From Octopus vulgaris (Eukaryota), in the NCBI GenBank assembly GCA_951406725.2, contig OX597815.1, forward strand, positions 139,810,001 through 139,874,000: a DNA stretch of 64,000 nucleotides. The letters run 5' to 3'. This document shows positions 51,767 to 64,000 of this stretch, one piece after another (position 1 is the first letter of the stretch; each line of letters begins with the position of its first letter). Below the pieces are notes generated by a model. It did no database searches. It was not told where the DNA came from and was given only the letters and a program-made list of their open reading frames with translations. Made by a program: the position numbers and the translations under genes.

Positions 51767-52247
51767 CCTCTCACCTCTGCTACTAGCTGGCATATACAGG
51801 TGCTTACACTTATCAAGTATTCACCCTGAATTTATTATATATATATATATGATATTTACTGTGGTATTATCTTGATCAAATACCCATGTGGTTGAGATGA
51901 ACAATTGGATTTACTTTGTATATAAGTGTAGATATATGTATATATTTGTATATATACAAATGTATTTGTATGGATATGTATATATCTTTATATTTATGTA
52001 CTTCTGGTATATTCTACTGAAGACAGTAAAGTAATTTGTATTACTAAACCAGAAATCAAAATTTTACTAAATCCATTTTTTTCATTTACTCAATTTCAGC
52101 CTTGTGCTAATAGAGTGTAATTTAAAGTCTCTTTTAGAGTCTTTTGATGTCTGTTTCTAGTTTGTCAGTGCTGTTTCTCAGTACCCTTGATTGTAGTCAT
52201 ATCTATATAATTATATATATATGTGTGTGTGTGTGTGAATATATAAG

Positions 52248-52296
<49 letters not shown>

Positions 52297-52301
52297 CTAT
52301 A

Positions 52302-52445
52302 TGGTTGGCGTTAGGAAGGGCATCCAGCTGTAGAAACGCTGCCGGATCAGACTGGAGCCTGGTGCAGCCCCTGGCTTCCCAGACCCCGGTCGAACTGTCC
52401 AACCCGTGCTAGCGCAGAAAACGGACGTTAAACGATGATGATGAT
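52302..52445 (+). mobile_element. RTE 3' tail fragment, tail-to-tail with the next copy
   Basis: tggttggcgttaggaagggcatcc...gttaaacgatgatgatga, flanked by (TA)n. Confidence 0.85.
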
Positions 52446-52457
52446 ATATATATATAA

Positions 52458-54208
52458 CATCATCATCATCGTTTAATGTGCGCTTTCCATGCTAGCATGG
52501 GTTGGACGGTTTTGACTGAGGGCTGGTAAACCAGATGGCTGCACCAGGCTCCAATCTTGATCTGGCAGAGTTTCTACAGCTGGATGCCCTTCCTAACGCC
52601 AACCACTCTGAGAGTGTAGTGGGTGCTTTTTACATGCCATCGGCACGGGGGCCAGTCAGGCGGTACTGGCAATGACCTTGCTCGAATCTTTTTACACATG
52701 CTACCGGCACAGGTGCCAGTAAGGTTACGTTGATAATGATCACACTCAAATAGTGCCCTTTTACGTCCACCGGCACGGAAGCCAGTTGGCTGCTCTGGCA
52801 ACAATCATGCTTGGATGGTGCTCTTGGCACACTACTAGCACGGACACAAGTGCCAGTAAGGCAACGGTGGTAACGATCACACTCGAACGGTGCTTTTTAT
52901 GTGCCACTGTCACGGAAGCCGGTTAGCCACTCTGTCAAACGATCACACTTGTATGGTGCTCTTTGCACCCCACTAGCATGGATACCAGTCATTGAATTTG
53001 ATTTTGATTTCACTTGCCTCAACAGGTCTTTGCAAGCAGAGTTTAGTGACCAAAGAAGGAAAAGGTACGCATAAGCAAGCTGGTTATGTTCCTGGCATAG
53101 GCCACGAGGTTATGGTCTCATTTGGCTTGCTGGGTCTTCTCAAGCACAGTATATTTCCAAAAGTCTCGGTCACTAGTCATTTCCTTGGTGAGGCCTAATG
53201 TTCACAGGTCGTGCTTCACCACTTCATCCCAGGTCTTCCTGGGTCTACCTTTTCCACAGGTTCCTTCAACCGCTAGGGTGTGGCACTTTTTCACACAGCT
53301 ATCCTCATCCATTCTCGCCACATGACCATACCAGTGCAGTCATCTCTCTTGCACACCAAATCTGATGCTTCTTTGGTCCAACTTTTCTCTCAAGGTACTT
53401 ACACTCTGTTGAGTATGCACACTAACATTACACATCCATCGGATCATACTAGCTTCATTCCTTGCGAGCTTATGCATGTCCTCAGCAGTCACAGCCCATG
53501 TTTCACTACCATGTAGCATGGCTGTTCATACACAAGCGTCATACAGTCTACCTTTTACTCTGAGCGAGAGGCCCTTTGTCACCAGCAGAGTTAAGAGCTT
53601 TCTGAACTTTGCCCAAGCTATTCTTATTCTAGCAGCTACACTTTCAGTGCACCCTCCTCCACTACTGACTTGGTCACCTAGGTAACGGAAGCTATCAACT
53701 ACTTCTAGTCTTTCTCCCTGGAATGTGGCAGAAGTTGTTCTCTGTGCATTTTCCGTGTTTATTGCTCCTGAGCATCTGCCGCATACAAAAACTATCTCCC
53801 CAGTTAGCCTTCCTTTGATATTACTGCACCTCTTATGTGTCCATAGCTTACACTGGGTACATCTTATAGAGTTTCTACCTACGCCTCTACTGCAGATCGA
53901 GCAGGGCCATCTACCTGAAGGGATTTGTGGTTTGCCTGCCGTCCTACTTATTAGGACTTAGGTTTTAGCTAGGTTGATTCTAAGGCCCTTCAATTCTAAT
54001 CCTTGTTTCCACACTTGAAACTTCTCCTCTAGTTCTGATAGAGACTCAGCAATTAGAGCAAGGTCATCAGCATAGATGAGCTCCCAGGGGCATCCTGTCT
54101 TGAATTCTTCCGTTATTGCCTGGAGGACTATGATAAATAGGAGGGGGCTGAGGACTGAACCTTGGTGAACCCTACCTCTACCCAGAATTCTTCAGTGTAC
54201 TCGTTGCC

Positions 54209-54209
<1 letters not shown>
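52458..54209 (-). mobile_element. 5'-truncated RTE LINE (RT C-terminal half, PHD finger, 3' UTR)
   Basis: Colinear with 40783-42450; ELIYADDL and an intact C4HC3 finger ending FVCGRC; both ends in (TA)n. Confidence 0.92.
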
Positions 54210-54254
<45 letters not shown>

Positions 54255-54640
54255 TGAGAGAGAGATACATATATATATATATATGTATGTATGTATATAT
54301 GTGCTGGTGGCACGTGAAAAAACATTCAAGCGAGCTCATTGCCAGTACTGCCTGATTGGCCCATATATATATATATATAGATATATATATATATGGGTGT
54401 GTGTGATTGTGTATAGAAGAATATATTAATAAAAAGAATTCCAACCTTGTCTGATTTTCACGTTTTATTTACAATCTTATAATGATATATTATAAGATAA
54501 TATATTATAATTGAATAAAATAAAATGAAATAGTAGAATGTTAAATATTCATTCTGATTGAACTAGTACTTTCATGCATTGAATTCTGCAATCTTCGGGT
54601 TCATGTAGTAGTGTTGACAGTCATGCTTCACAATTTTTGA

Positions 54641-54677
<37 letters not shown>

Positions 54678-54777
54678 ATCCAAACATGAACAAAGAAAAA
54701 ACACAACACAAGGACGTGGAACAAGTATAGTGTTATTGGATGCTCAGGAAAGGAATGAAAGAAGGAGATACATACGT

Positions 54778-54826
<49 letters not shown>

Positions 54827-57114
54827 TGTATATATGTGCATATGTGTGTGTATTTATGTGTATAAAATTAAAGGAGAAAACAAAATAATATGTGATTTTT
54901 ATAAATTGATATTAATAATTATTACTCATTAATTAATCCTTTTCTTCTTCACAAAGCTCTTCTTTTACTGTGAAAAATATTTAATCTTAACAAAAATGAA
55001 ATTGGTATAATTCTGGAAGCAAGAAAAGCTGCTATTAAATTTGACAATAAATTATGGATTGGAAAAATAGTCTGGATAATTTCGATATAATTATGGTGGT
55101 CTAGTGATTTCACTGAGGTCACAAATCTTGTAGGAATATATTTATTATAAAATATTAGATAACAATTGCTTTCAAGTCATTGAGGATCATATCATGCTGG
55201 TTCTCCTTTCTCTTTTTATAAATACAGAAATGTAGAAATGGAAAGAAACAAGAAACAAAAAAAAGATTTTGAAATTCTTTTTAAATTTGGGCCTTTCAAG
55301 TACTGTCAGCTCTAATCTTTAAAGAGCTGATTTCTTAAGTGTTTCATTCAATTTAAACTCTGGTTTATATAAACCATATCACAAAATTAATGAAAATTTA
55401 TAATGCACAAACAAAAATTTCAATCATCCCTATGCATCATCATCATCATTTAATGTCCGTTTTCCATGCTGGCGTGGGTTTGACGGTTTGACTGGGGACT
55501 GGAGGGCCAGAAGGCCACACCAGCCTCCAATCTGATCTGGCAATGTTTCTACTGCTGGATGCCGTTCCTAACACCAATCACTCTGAGATTGTAGTGGGTG
55601 CTTTTTACATGCCACCGGCATGGGATCAATAATAAAATAATTATAAATAGCATTTCACATTGCATTTCCAAGATTTTGGTTAAAAAAGAAATATTTTTCT
55701 ATCATGCTAATTACAACAATTCAGCTCTTTCTAGTGCTAGCAATGCAGATAAAATAAAATATATTATTACAAATTGTATGCAATAATTACTAATAAGCAA
55801 TATAATACTTACTAATAAGCATTTTAATAAGTCAAATAAATAATTTACAAAAACAGAATATCTTACAACTTATAGCTCTATAAGATAAACCAAATAATAA
55901 TGATCCAATCCATATATTACATAATAATAGGTACTGCAATAATAAATTTAATAAAAGTAAATACAAATCTGATAATGCTAGTAACTATAAGTATAAAAAT
56001 AATAAAAATTACAAATCTAATAAATCATTCAACAAAAACATTATATGGTATAATGTTCCATTTAGTGGTCATGTGTCTACTAATATATTCTCTTTATTCT
56101 TTCAAGCATTAGAAAAACACTTTCTGTCTAATAATAAATACCATAAAATATTTAACAAACACACAGTAAAATTCTCCTATTCTACATCACCAAACGTAGA
56201 TGATATTATATCTTCCTTAAACTATAAAAAGCTAAATAATATTAATTAAAAAAGCACTGGAGCTGGTATCATGCAAAAAGCACTAGTGCTTGTGCCACAT
56301 AAAAATCCTTGTTTCTAGTACCACATAAAAATCACTGTTGCTGGTGCCATATAAAATGCACTGGTTATGGTGACATGTAAAAAGCACTTGTGATGGTGCC
56401 ATGTAAAAGCACCAAGTATACCCTGTAAAGTGGTTAGCATTAGAAAGGGCATCCAGCTATAGATATATAATGTTATTGTTATTGTAGTAATTAGAACCAT
56501 TTTCAATGTAATTATTATTAATGCTGACTGGCATTTCATCTGTCATCGTGTTCTGAGTTCAAATTTCACTGAGGTTGTTGTCTTTCCTCTCAGAATTGAT
56601 AAAATAAATACCAGTTGATCACTGGGGTCGATGTAATCAACTTACCCCACCCCCAAGAAATTGCTAGCCTTGTGCCAAAATTTTTTATCATTATTATTAT
56701 TATTATTATTAGATCCACTACCGCAACAGACACCAGCAACACCATAATGTTTATTATGATAATTGTTACCAATATTGTGTACATGTATGTGTGCATGCAT
56801 AAATATCTATGTATACGTGTATATATATGTGTGTGTGTGTATGTATACTTGTATATATATGTATATGTATATGTGTGTGTGTTTGTGTAAATATATATAT
56901 ATAAAGTATTTATGTGTGTGGATGTGTCTTTGTGTGTGGTGCGGGTGTGCATTGTCAATATGTATGTGTATCTGTATATATGCATATATGTATATACACT
57001 TATTATTAGTCCAATCTCTAACCCTTTCTCCCTTTTTTCTACTATTATGTTTGCTCTTTATATCTCCTGATCACTACCTGCATCATCCAAATGTAAATTT
57101 TGTATTATTTGATT

Positions 57115-57218
57115 CTTTGTCTGAAGAATTTCTAATAGGAAATTTCTTACATGTTTATCCTGCATATACAATTTCATAATTCCTATTTGGAAGTGAAACA
57201 TGTGTAATGGTCAATAAA
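57115..57218 (+). ncRNA. Hammerhead ribozyme with long stem II, followed by AATAAA
   Basis: CTGAAGA (57121-57127), tttctaataggaa...ttcctatttggaag, GAAA (57195-57198), catgtg-TA^; ~13-bp stem II with a large loop, wobble-rich stem I. Confidence 0.6.
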
Positions 57219-57412
57219 TTATATCAAACAATTTGTCCAGCTTTCTGTTTTGATTTATAATTACTCTGCAAACAACCAATCCAGAATGTTCAATGCTAAT
57301 GTCTATCTGACATAAATATAACAACTACATATGGAACTGGAATACAGGAATAAGCAGATGTGCTTCAAGAGGACACAGCTTGAATTTTAACCCTACCTAC
57401 ATTTTGTGTGTT

Positions 57413-57447
<35 letters not shown>

Positions 57448-57448
57448 A

Positions 57449-57493
<45 letters not shown>

Positions 57494-58160
57494 CAGGCTT
57501 CTTTCAATTTCCATTCTACTCACAAGGCTTTGCTTGGCCTGAAGCTATTGTAGTGTGTCATGCAGTGGGACTGAACCTGGAATGATATGGTTGGAAAGCA
57601 AACTTCTTGCCACAGAGCAAGAGTGCATGGGCTAAATTTGAGAGTTTGCATAAAAGGAAAAGGAAGCACAATTTCCCATTCAAAAGAAAATTAGTTTTAA
57701 AATCTCAAAAAGTATCAACTAGATAGTTGTTGGAAGATAACAGTTTACTTGAAGTAGCAGTTCTTAGCTTCCACCTTGGCCTCAAGACAGCTCTGAAACC
57801 AAGTGCATGTGTTCCTCACTGTATCCCTGGAAGATCTTTGAATACCTCCTTGATATTAGCTTCCAGTTCTTGGTGTTGTGGGCAGAGTGGTTAAGGTCTT
57901 TCTCACCTGGCCCCTATGCATAATAATCCATGAGATTACAATCAGAGGAATTAGGAGGCCAGAAATTAGGGATGGTAAAATCAGACAACCACTTCTTACT
58001 CTTTCTGGAGGTGTGGCAAGAAGCTGAATCCTGCTGCCACACATATAGCCTTCTACCAGCAACTCTCTTCAGTCAGGGTTTTGACCAGTCTCCAGCAGCT
58101 TCACATAGCCATCTGACATGAACTTAAAGCCCTGTTCATCAGCTGGTGAATGAATTCTTA

Positions 58161-58390
58161 GTTCTTTACTGCCCACAAGGGGCTACACACAGAGGGGACA
58201 AACAAGGACAGACAAACGGATTAAGTCGATTATATCGACCCCAGTGTGTAACTAGTACTTATTTAATCGATCTCGAAAGGATGAAATGCAAAGTCTACCT
58301 CAGCCGAATTTTAACTCAGTACATAACAGCAAACGAAATACCGTTAAGCACTTCACTCGGCATGCTAACCTTTCTGCCAACTCGCCGCTT
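58161..58390 (-). mobile_element. SINE family B
   Basis: Reverse of gcggcgagttggcagaaaggttagcatgccgagtgaagtgcttaacgg...tttcatcctttcgagatcgat. Confidence 0.85.
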
Positions 58391-58699
58391 TCAAAATGAA
58401 TGAATTCTGGCATGCAGATACAGTCAGAATATTTACTGTATCCCTTCCTGCTGGGCATGGCTTTGTAGTCTCAGTTGCAATTGTCCATATGATATCTTAC
58501 AGCTTTTACAGTGTTCACAGAGCATTTGACAGCACTCATGGTGTCAGCATTTTGATACCCAGTATGTATCATCATGATACAGGCAACTTTTCCTGTATTC
58601 AGATGAATTCCATCTTTCTGCTCTCCAACACTGTTGACTGTTCACCAATACATCAAAGGAAACATGAAACATTGTCTAATTTAACATGAGCACTGTGTT

Positions 58700-58740
<41 letters not shown>

Positions 58741-58815
58741 ATGTGTGTGTGTGTGTGCGTGTGTGTGTATATATATATATATGCATCTATCTCTCTATCT
58801 ATCTATCTATATATA

Positions 58816-59075
58816 TATTGTTATACTTGGGGATGGTCATATTTTGCCAATTAAACACATGCATTATATATTTGGTCTTCACTATAGCTTTATTATTATT
58901 TTAGTTTTAATGTCAAAGTTCTTTTGTCACACATCTTGTTGCCTCTTCAGCAAACTGAAGAGGTCGCAGGATGTGTGACAAAAAAGCTAAAATAGTAATA
59001 AAGCTGAAGTGAAGCCCAAATTTATAGTGCATGTGTTTAATTGGCAAAATATGACCGTCCCCAACTGTATCAATA
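58816..59075. repeat. Long inverted repeat (~125-bp arms) centred on back-to-back degenerate hammerhead cores
   Basis: Centre cctcttcag-caaa-ctgaagagg; right arm CTGAAGA-ggtcgca(ggatg)tgtgac-AAAA with GAAA mutated. Confidence 0.85.
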
Positions 59076-59699
59076 TTTGTTTCAATACATGATTTCACAT
59101 CAAGAATCTTGCAAAAGAAATACATAAACATGTGTGTGTGTGTGTGTGCGCGCATGCATGTGTGTGTATAAAGACAGCTGCATAAAGAAGTGCCAAGCTC
59201 TAATTGTGGAGGGAACCTGTGGGAAGAGTAGAATTGGGAAGATGTGGGGCAAAGTGGTAAGAAAGGTTCTCCAGCCGCTAAACCTCAATGAGGAAGTGAC
59301 AAGGGATTGAGAGTTGTGGAAATTTGCTGTACTTGAAAAGATGTGTCAAGTTAAATAAAATCATGGTCACACATACATACAAGCTTGTCCTTTATAGGTG
59401 CCAGTGCCACATAAAATGCCTCTGCCTGTACTACATAAATGCACCCATGCTAGTGGAATGTAAGAGGTACCCAACATGGTCTGAAACATGGTTGGTGTTA
59501 GGAAGGGCATCCAGCCATAGAAACCATGCCACAATAGACAATTGGTGTGTGGCCAGCTCCTGTCAAGCCATACAACCCATGCCAACATGGAAAACAGATG
59601 TTAAAAGATGATGATGATGATATATGTGTGTGTGTATGTGTGTGTGAAATAAAGCATATTAAAGGTAAAAGATAGCTTTGCCTGACCACTTTGATGTAC

Positions 59700-59880
59700 A
59701 TCATCATCATCATCATCGTTTAACGTCCGTTTTCCGCGCTAGCACGGGTTGGACGGTTTCGATCGGGGTCTGGGGAGCTAGGGACTGTCCCAGGCTCCAG
59801 TCTAGTCTGGCAGTGTTTCTACAGCTGGATGCCCTTCCTAACGCCAACCACTCCGCGAGTGTAGTGGGTGTTTTTTATGT
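59700..59880 (-). mobile_element. RTE 3' tail fragment
   Basis: (CAT)n + cgtttaacgtccgttttccgcgctagc...aaccactccgcgagtgtagtgggtg. Confidence 0.85.
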
Positions 59881-59891
59881 ATATATGTATG

Positions 59892-60099
59892 TATTGGGTT
59901 GTCCGGAAATTTCTTGCCGATTTTTAAAGGAAAGAAAATGGTCAATAAATACTTGCCATTACATTTGTAATCAACCATTTTGTTGCACTATCTTTCCTTT
60001 AACTTGAAAATACCCTCTTCCCAGAATTGAGGTGCCTGGTAGGGTCAGTTGAAAGGTAAGCTACTATAAATCACCACAAACTTCCCAGACAACCCAATA
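59892..60099. mobile_element. Tc1/mariner-type MITE with TA target-site duplication
   Basis: TA-ttgggttgtccggaaa ... ttcccagacaacccaa-TA. Confidence 0.8.
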
Positions 60100-60485
60100 A
60101 ATGCAGGAAATATGAAGATTTTAATGCAAAGTCTTTCACTTGGCAGTGACTAAACTTAAAGCTAATAATAACAAGCCTATTTGAGTGCAACTGACTTCAT
60201 CAGTTACGAGCTACCTACATTCAACAAATGATATGAACCAAATCGTATTAGCAATCTACATTACCTTCCTACACCAAACAAACAACTTCATTAGCAGATT
60301 TTTCCCAGAAGAATAGATTAGTTCTTATCAGAATTAGACTTCTGCTTTTTTATACTTTTGCCAAGCTCTCCCATAATTTAAACATAACTTTTATTTAGAA
60401 AGAAACCAACCTTGCAATTCTGTCACTATTATGGTTTTGCTAGACCATGACCGAGAATAACTTCATTGTTAACATACTATTTAGA

Positions 60486-60489
<4 letters not shown>

Positions 60490-60557
<68 letters not shown>
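60490..60557. repeat. (AG)n/(AGAC)n microsatellite
   Basis: Direct reading. Confidence 0.95.
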
Positions 60558-61827
60558 GGACTTCAGCATCAATGTCTAAATATTTTACTTTACTTTAGAT
60601 TATACAGTCATCTTTATGTTTGATACATCTCTAAATCAATAGGTTTCAATACATTACTTATTTTGTAGCTTTAAACATACTATTTACATTATTTTGTGTT
60701 TTGCTTTGTTTGGCTATTTTTATCTTTTCTCCTAACTGACTTACTTTATTTGCATCACAGATCTGCTGCTAATGTACTGGGCCAGGAGTTTTGTTTTACT
60801 GGCCTAAATATTTCTTGTGTAATCACATCTGTAAACTTCTATGTCAACTCACTTCACACACTTATCTTTATAATTAGTGGTTGAAGTAGCGGTTAAACAA
60901 ATCAAACTTTTGCCAGATTTTCTACCATGCATCGCAGATATTGAATCCAATTTGACAAATTACCTGCCATATATAGGACACTTCTGCATCATCGATTCTT
61001 CAACAGGATCCACTTAAAGTTTTCTGGCAGAATGAGTAGCTAATGAATGACTCACCAATTTTCATTGAAAGACAGTATTTGGAAACTCTTATGTACAACT
61101 TGTGTATCTCTCACTGACACATTCATTAAGAGATTCTGGTTTGTTCCTACATCCGTCATGTCTATTCTCATATATTCATGTGAAATTCTGATTTCTAACT
61201 AGTCTACTTGAGGGAGACTTACAAAACCATATGGAATATAATTACTTTTTGGCACACTGAATCTTGAAACAGATAAAAATAATAAATAATAGCATGTGAA
61301 TATAGGATTAAACACCTTCGAATAGAAAAAGACATAGACTGCTCATGGGACATGAACCTGCATCTTCTGTAAACATGACAAGGGTTCAACAATTGGACCA
61401 AAGCATTCCTTCAAATTCCTCTTTTTCTTTTTAATTAAGATGTGATAGTTTCAAAGTATTGACTGTTATTGTTGGTGTCACTGCTTGCCTGTAATATGAG
61501 TTAGTAACCACAGCAGAGACTGATAAGGTGCATCTACCCAAAGCACAAACAACTGTGGTTCTTCTGCACCAGGTCATGTTGTGGTTAATGAGATTTTGAT
61601 GTTAGTTTGAGGTGTATTATTTATTAGGTATTTAAGTTTGTCTGCAGTGGGGGAAGAGAGATAGTATTTTGTTTTTTTGTGTTATAATAATGTTTATACT
61701 AATGTAATTATTAGCACAAAAAAATGGCTGATATGGTTCAAACTGTAAGATTTTGGATTCAGCCACAATGTGTGATATCTTGGACAAGTTTCTTTAACCA
61801 TAAGCTCAAATTGACTGAAACCTTGTT

Positions 61828-61992
61828 AGAGTGGCTGTGTGGTAAGTAGCTTGCTTACCAACCACATGGTTCCGGGTTGAGTCCCACTGCGTGGCACCTT
61901 GGGCAAGTGTCTTCTACTATAGCCTCGGGCTGACCAAAGCCTTGTGAGTGGATTTGGTAGACGGAAACTGAAAGAAGCCCGTCGTATATATG

Positions 61993-62062
<70 letters not shown>

Positions 62063-62265
62063 TGTGTGTCTGTGTTTGTCCTCAAAACATTGCTTGACAA
62101 CTGATGCTGGTATGTTTACGTCCCCGTAACTTAGCAGTTTGGCAAAAAAGACCGTTAGAATAAGTACTAGACTTACAAAGAATAAGTCCTGGGGTCGATT
62201 TGCTCGACTAAAGGCAGTGCTCCAGCATGGCCACAGTCAAATGACTGAAACAAGTAAAAGAGTAA
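61828..62265 (+). mobile_element. SINE family A, well-preserved copy with long internal (TG)n
   Basis: CpGs retained (ccggg, ctgcgtgg, ctcggg, gacgg, cccgtcg); complete head-to-tail structure. Confidence 0.9.
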
Positions 62266-63938
62266 ACAGAAACTACATGGAAGTCCATCAGATGCCATTG
62301 TACTGTAATTCAAAGAAAAAGCTTTGAAACTCACTTTGTTACACTGATTGTGCCCAAGGATTAAATTTAGGTTACAAATGTCAGCCCCTTACTCACTTAC
62401 TCAGCCCCTTAAGTGAGCAGATAGTTTGGCTCATTTAACAACTGAGAACTTGTAACAGAGACCACTAGAGATCTGTTTCTATTTATTTAAGTAATGTTGT
62501 GTGGTATTGTAGATGTATCTGATTGAACAAGCTGTGACAAGGACTAGAAGTGTTACAGCTTGCTACAGCAACACTGTATGTCCAAGTAACCTTTTATTTT
62601 GATAATAATGATTCTGAATGGAAAACATGCATGCACATCAGGAGGAGGAGGAGGAGGAGGAGGAAAAAGAAGAAGAAGAATGGTTTCAATGTTTGGTACA
62701 AGGTCAACAATTTTAGTGGTGGTGGTATGTGTGTGGGGGGGGAGTCAATTTTATCACTCCTAGTGTTCAACTGGTACTATTTTATCAACCCCAGGAGGTA
62801 ATTCACTTTTTCCAGAAAATAGTTACTGAAGTTTAAAGGTCGATAATTTTTACCCAGTTGTGTGTGACAGCATGTGTTGTCAACTGTAAACAAATGAAAT
62901 ACTGGTGGAATACTGCTTTATGCATGCCATATAACTCCTCATAACTTTTTTATTTTGGGGGAATTTTTAAGAAAATTTTTGCAAATTTGTATTCTACATA
63001 TGGGAATTCATTTGATTATGCAATCCCTCACCACAGAAAAAAATTTTTGTGTGTGATTTAAGGCCTATTTAGCTGTTATTTTTTGCACATATCATGATCA
63101 TCTCATACCACATTCGATAAGTGGCATAAAAAAACATGTAGTAAGTGGCTTGGTAAGAGCTTGGCTTGTTGCTATGGAAGCAGGCACCTATATGTCTGTG
63201 ACTTTCGACTGGCTAAAATTGCCCAAGCTATTAACTCTTTATTTATTGATTTATGGTGAAAATAAATTTCATGTCAGTGATTACTTTATAAAATTACACC
63301 AATACGCCAAATATGAAATCAGCTGAAACAAAAATTGAAGAAATTGCAAAGTGGCAACCAAACAGAAAAGATTCTGATTCTATAGTGTGAGAGGCAAGTT
63401 TCTCCATTTATCCTTCTACTTTGATTTAAATCACATCTTTGCTCATTCACACAATCATCATGCACATCTTGTAGCTTCAAGAGTTTGATGATGTGATTTT
63501 TAAAATGACATTGTAAGGTAGTTGTGAGAGACTGAATCTGGTCAGTTTTAACTTAGAACCCGTACAATATTTGGGCCTGATATGATCAGATTTAATGCTA
63601 AACAGTTTGATTTTGATTTGATTTTTGATTTTTCCAGTTTCAGCTAATGAGCTGTGGCCATGCTGGGGCACCGCCATTTGTTAAGTATCTACAAAATATG
63701 AATGTATGTCTCAACTTCTTTTCTCTTTCACACACAGTCTAGAAATCTAGTAGCAAACTTTGCTTCTTCCTTCCCCCACTCATTTTATCAGATCACTCCC
63801 TGATCCACCATCATGCTTTTGTTTGTGTATGTGTCTCTATAACTACATGTCTGTGTGTGTATATGTGTGTGTGCTTGTCAAGGGGCTCATCTGTATATGT
63901 GTAGTCAGTATACCTCCAGTTCCATTTGACCTTTGCCT

Positions 63939-63942
<4 letters not shown>

Positions 63943-64000
<58 letters not shown>
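63943..64000. repeat. (TG)n microsatellite running off the window end
   Basis: Direct reading. Confidence 0.95.

Overview
AT-rich eukaryotic (animal) DNA. The SINE, RTE and microsatellite landscape looks like a coleoid cephalopod, probably Octopus; this is inferred from repeat style, not from a database search. Most ORFs in the supplied track are microsatellite or SINE artefacts. Positions 1-37.7 kb appear to hold the 5' part of a large minus-strand gene. It has a promoter at ~37.6-37.75 kb (ZNF143/Staf, YY1, RFX, CRE and E-box motifs) and small candidate exons at 37565-~37640, 36767-~36921, 18159-18247 and 9047-9098. Spliced together these give two overlapping short ORFs (39 and 66 aa) ending just upstream of another ATG; I could not identify the product. 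Positions 38-64 kb are transposon-dense. They contain a near full-length RTE LINE with a PHD-type zinc finger inside its RT region, truncated copies inserted in (TA)n, a Penelope element, a BovB-like fragment, a mariner MITE and many SINEs. The CR1 and Tigger fossils and most piggyBac-like MITEs lie in the introns of the gene. The most striking non-coding signals are: several long inverted repeats anchored on Penelope-type minimal hammerhead ribozyme motifs; a tRNA-like Pol III cassette next to a hammerhead in the Penelope 3' end; and a ~0.9-kb tandem duplication flanking a short RTE tail that also preserves the empty site of the large LINE. All coordinates and pairings were read by eye.
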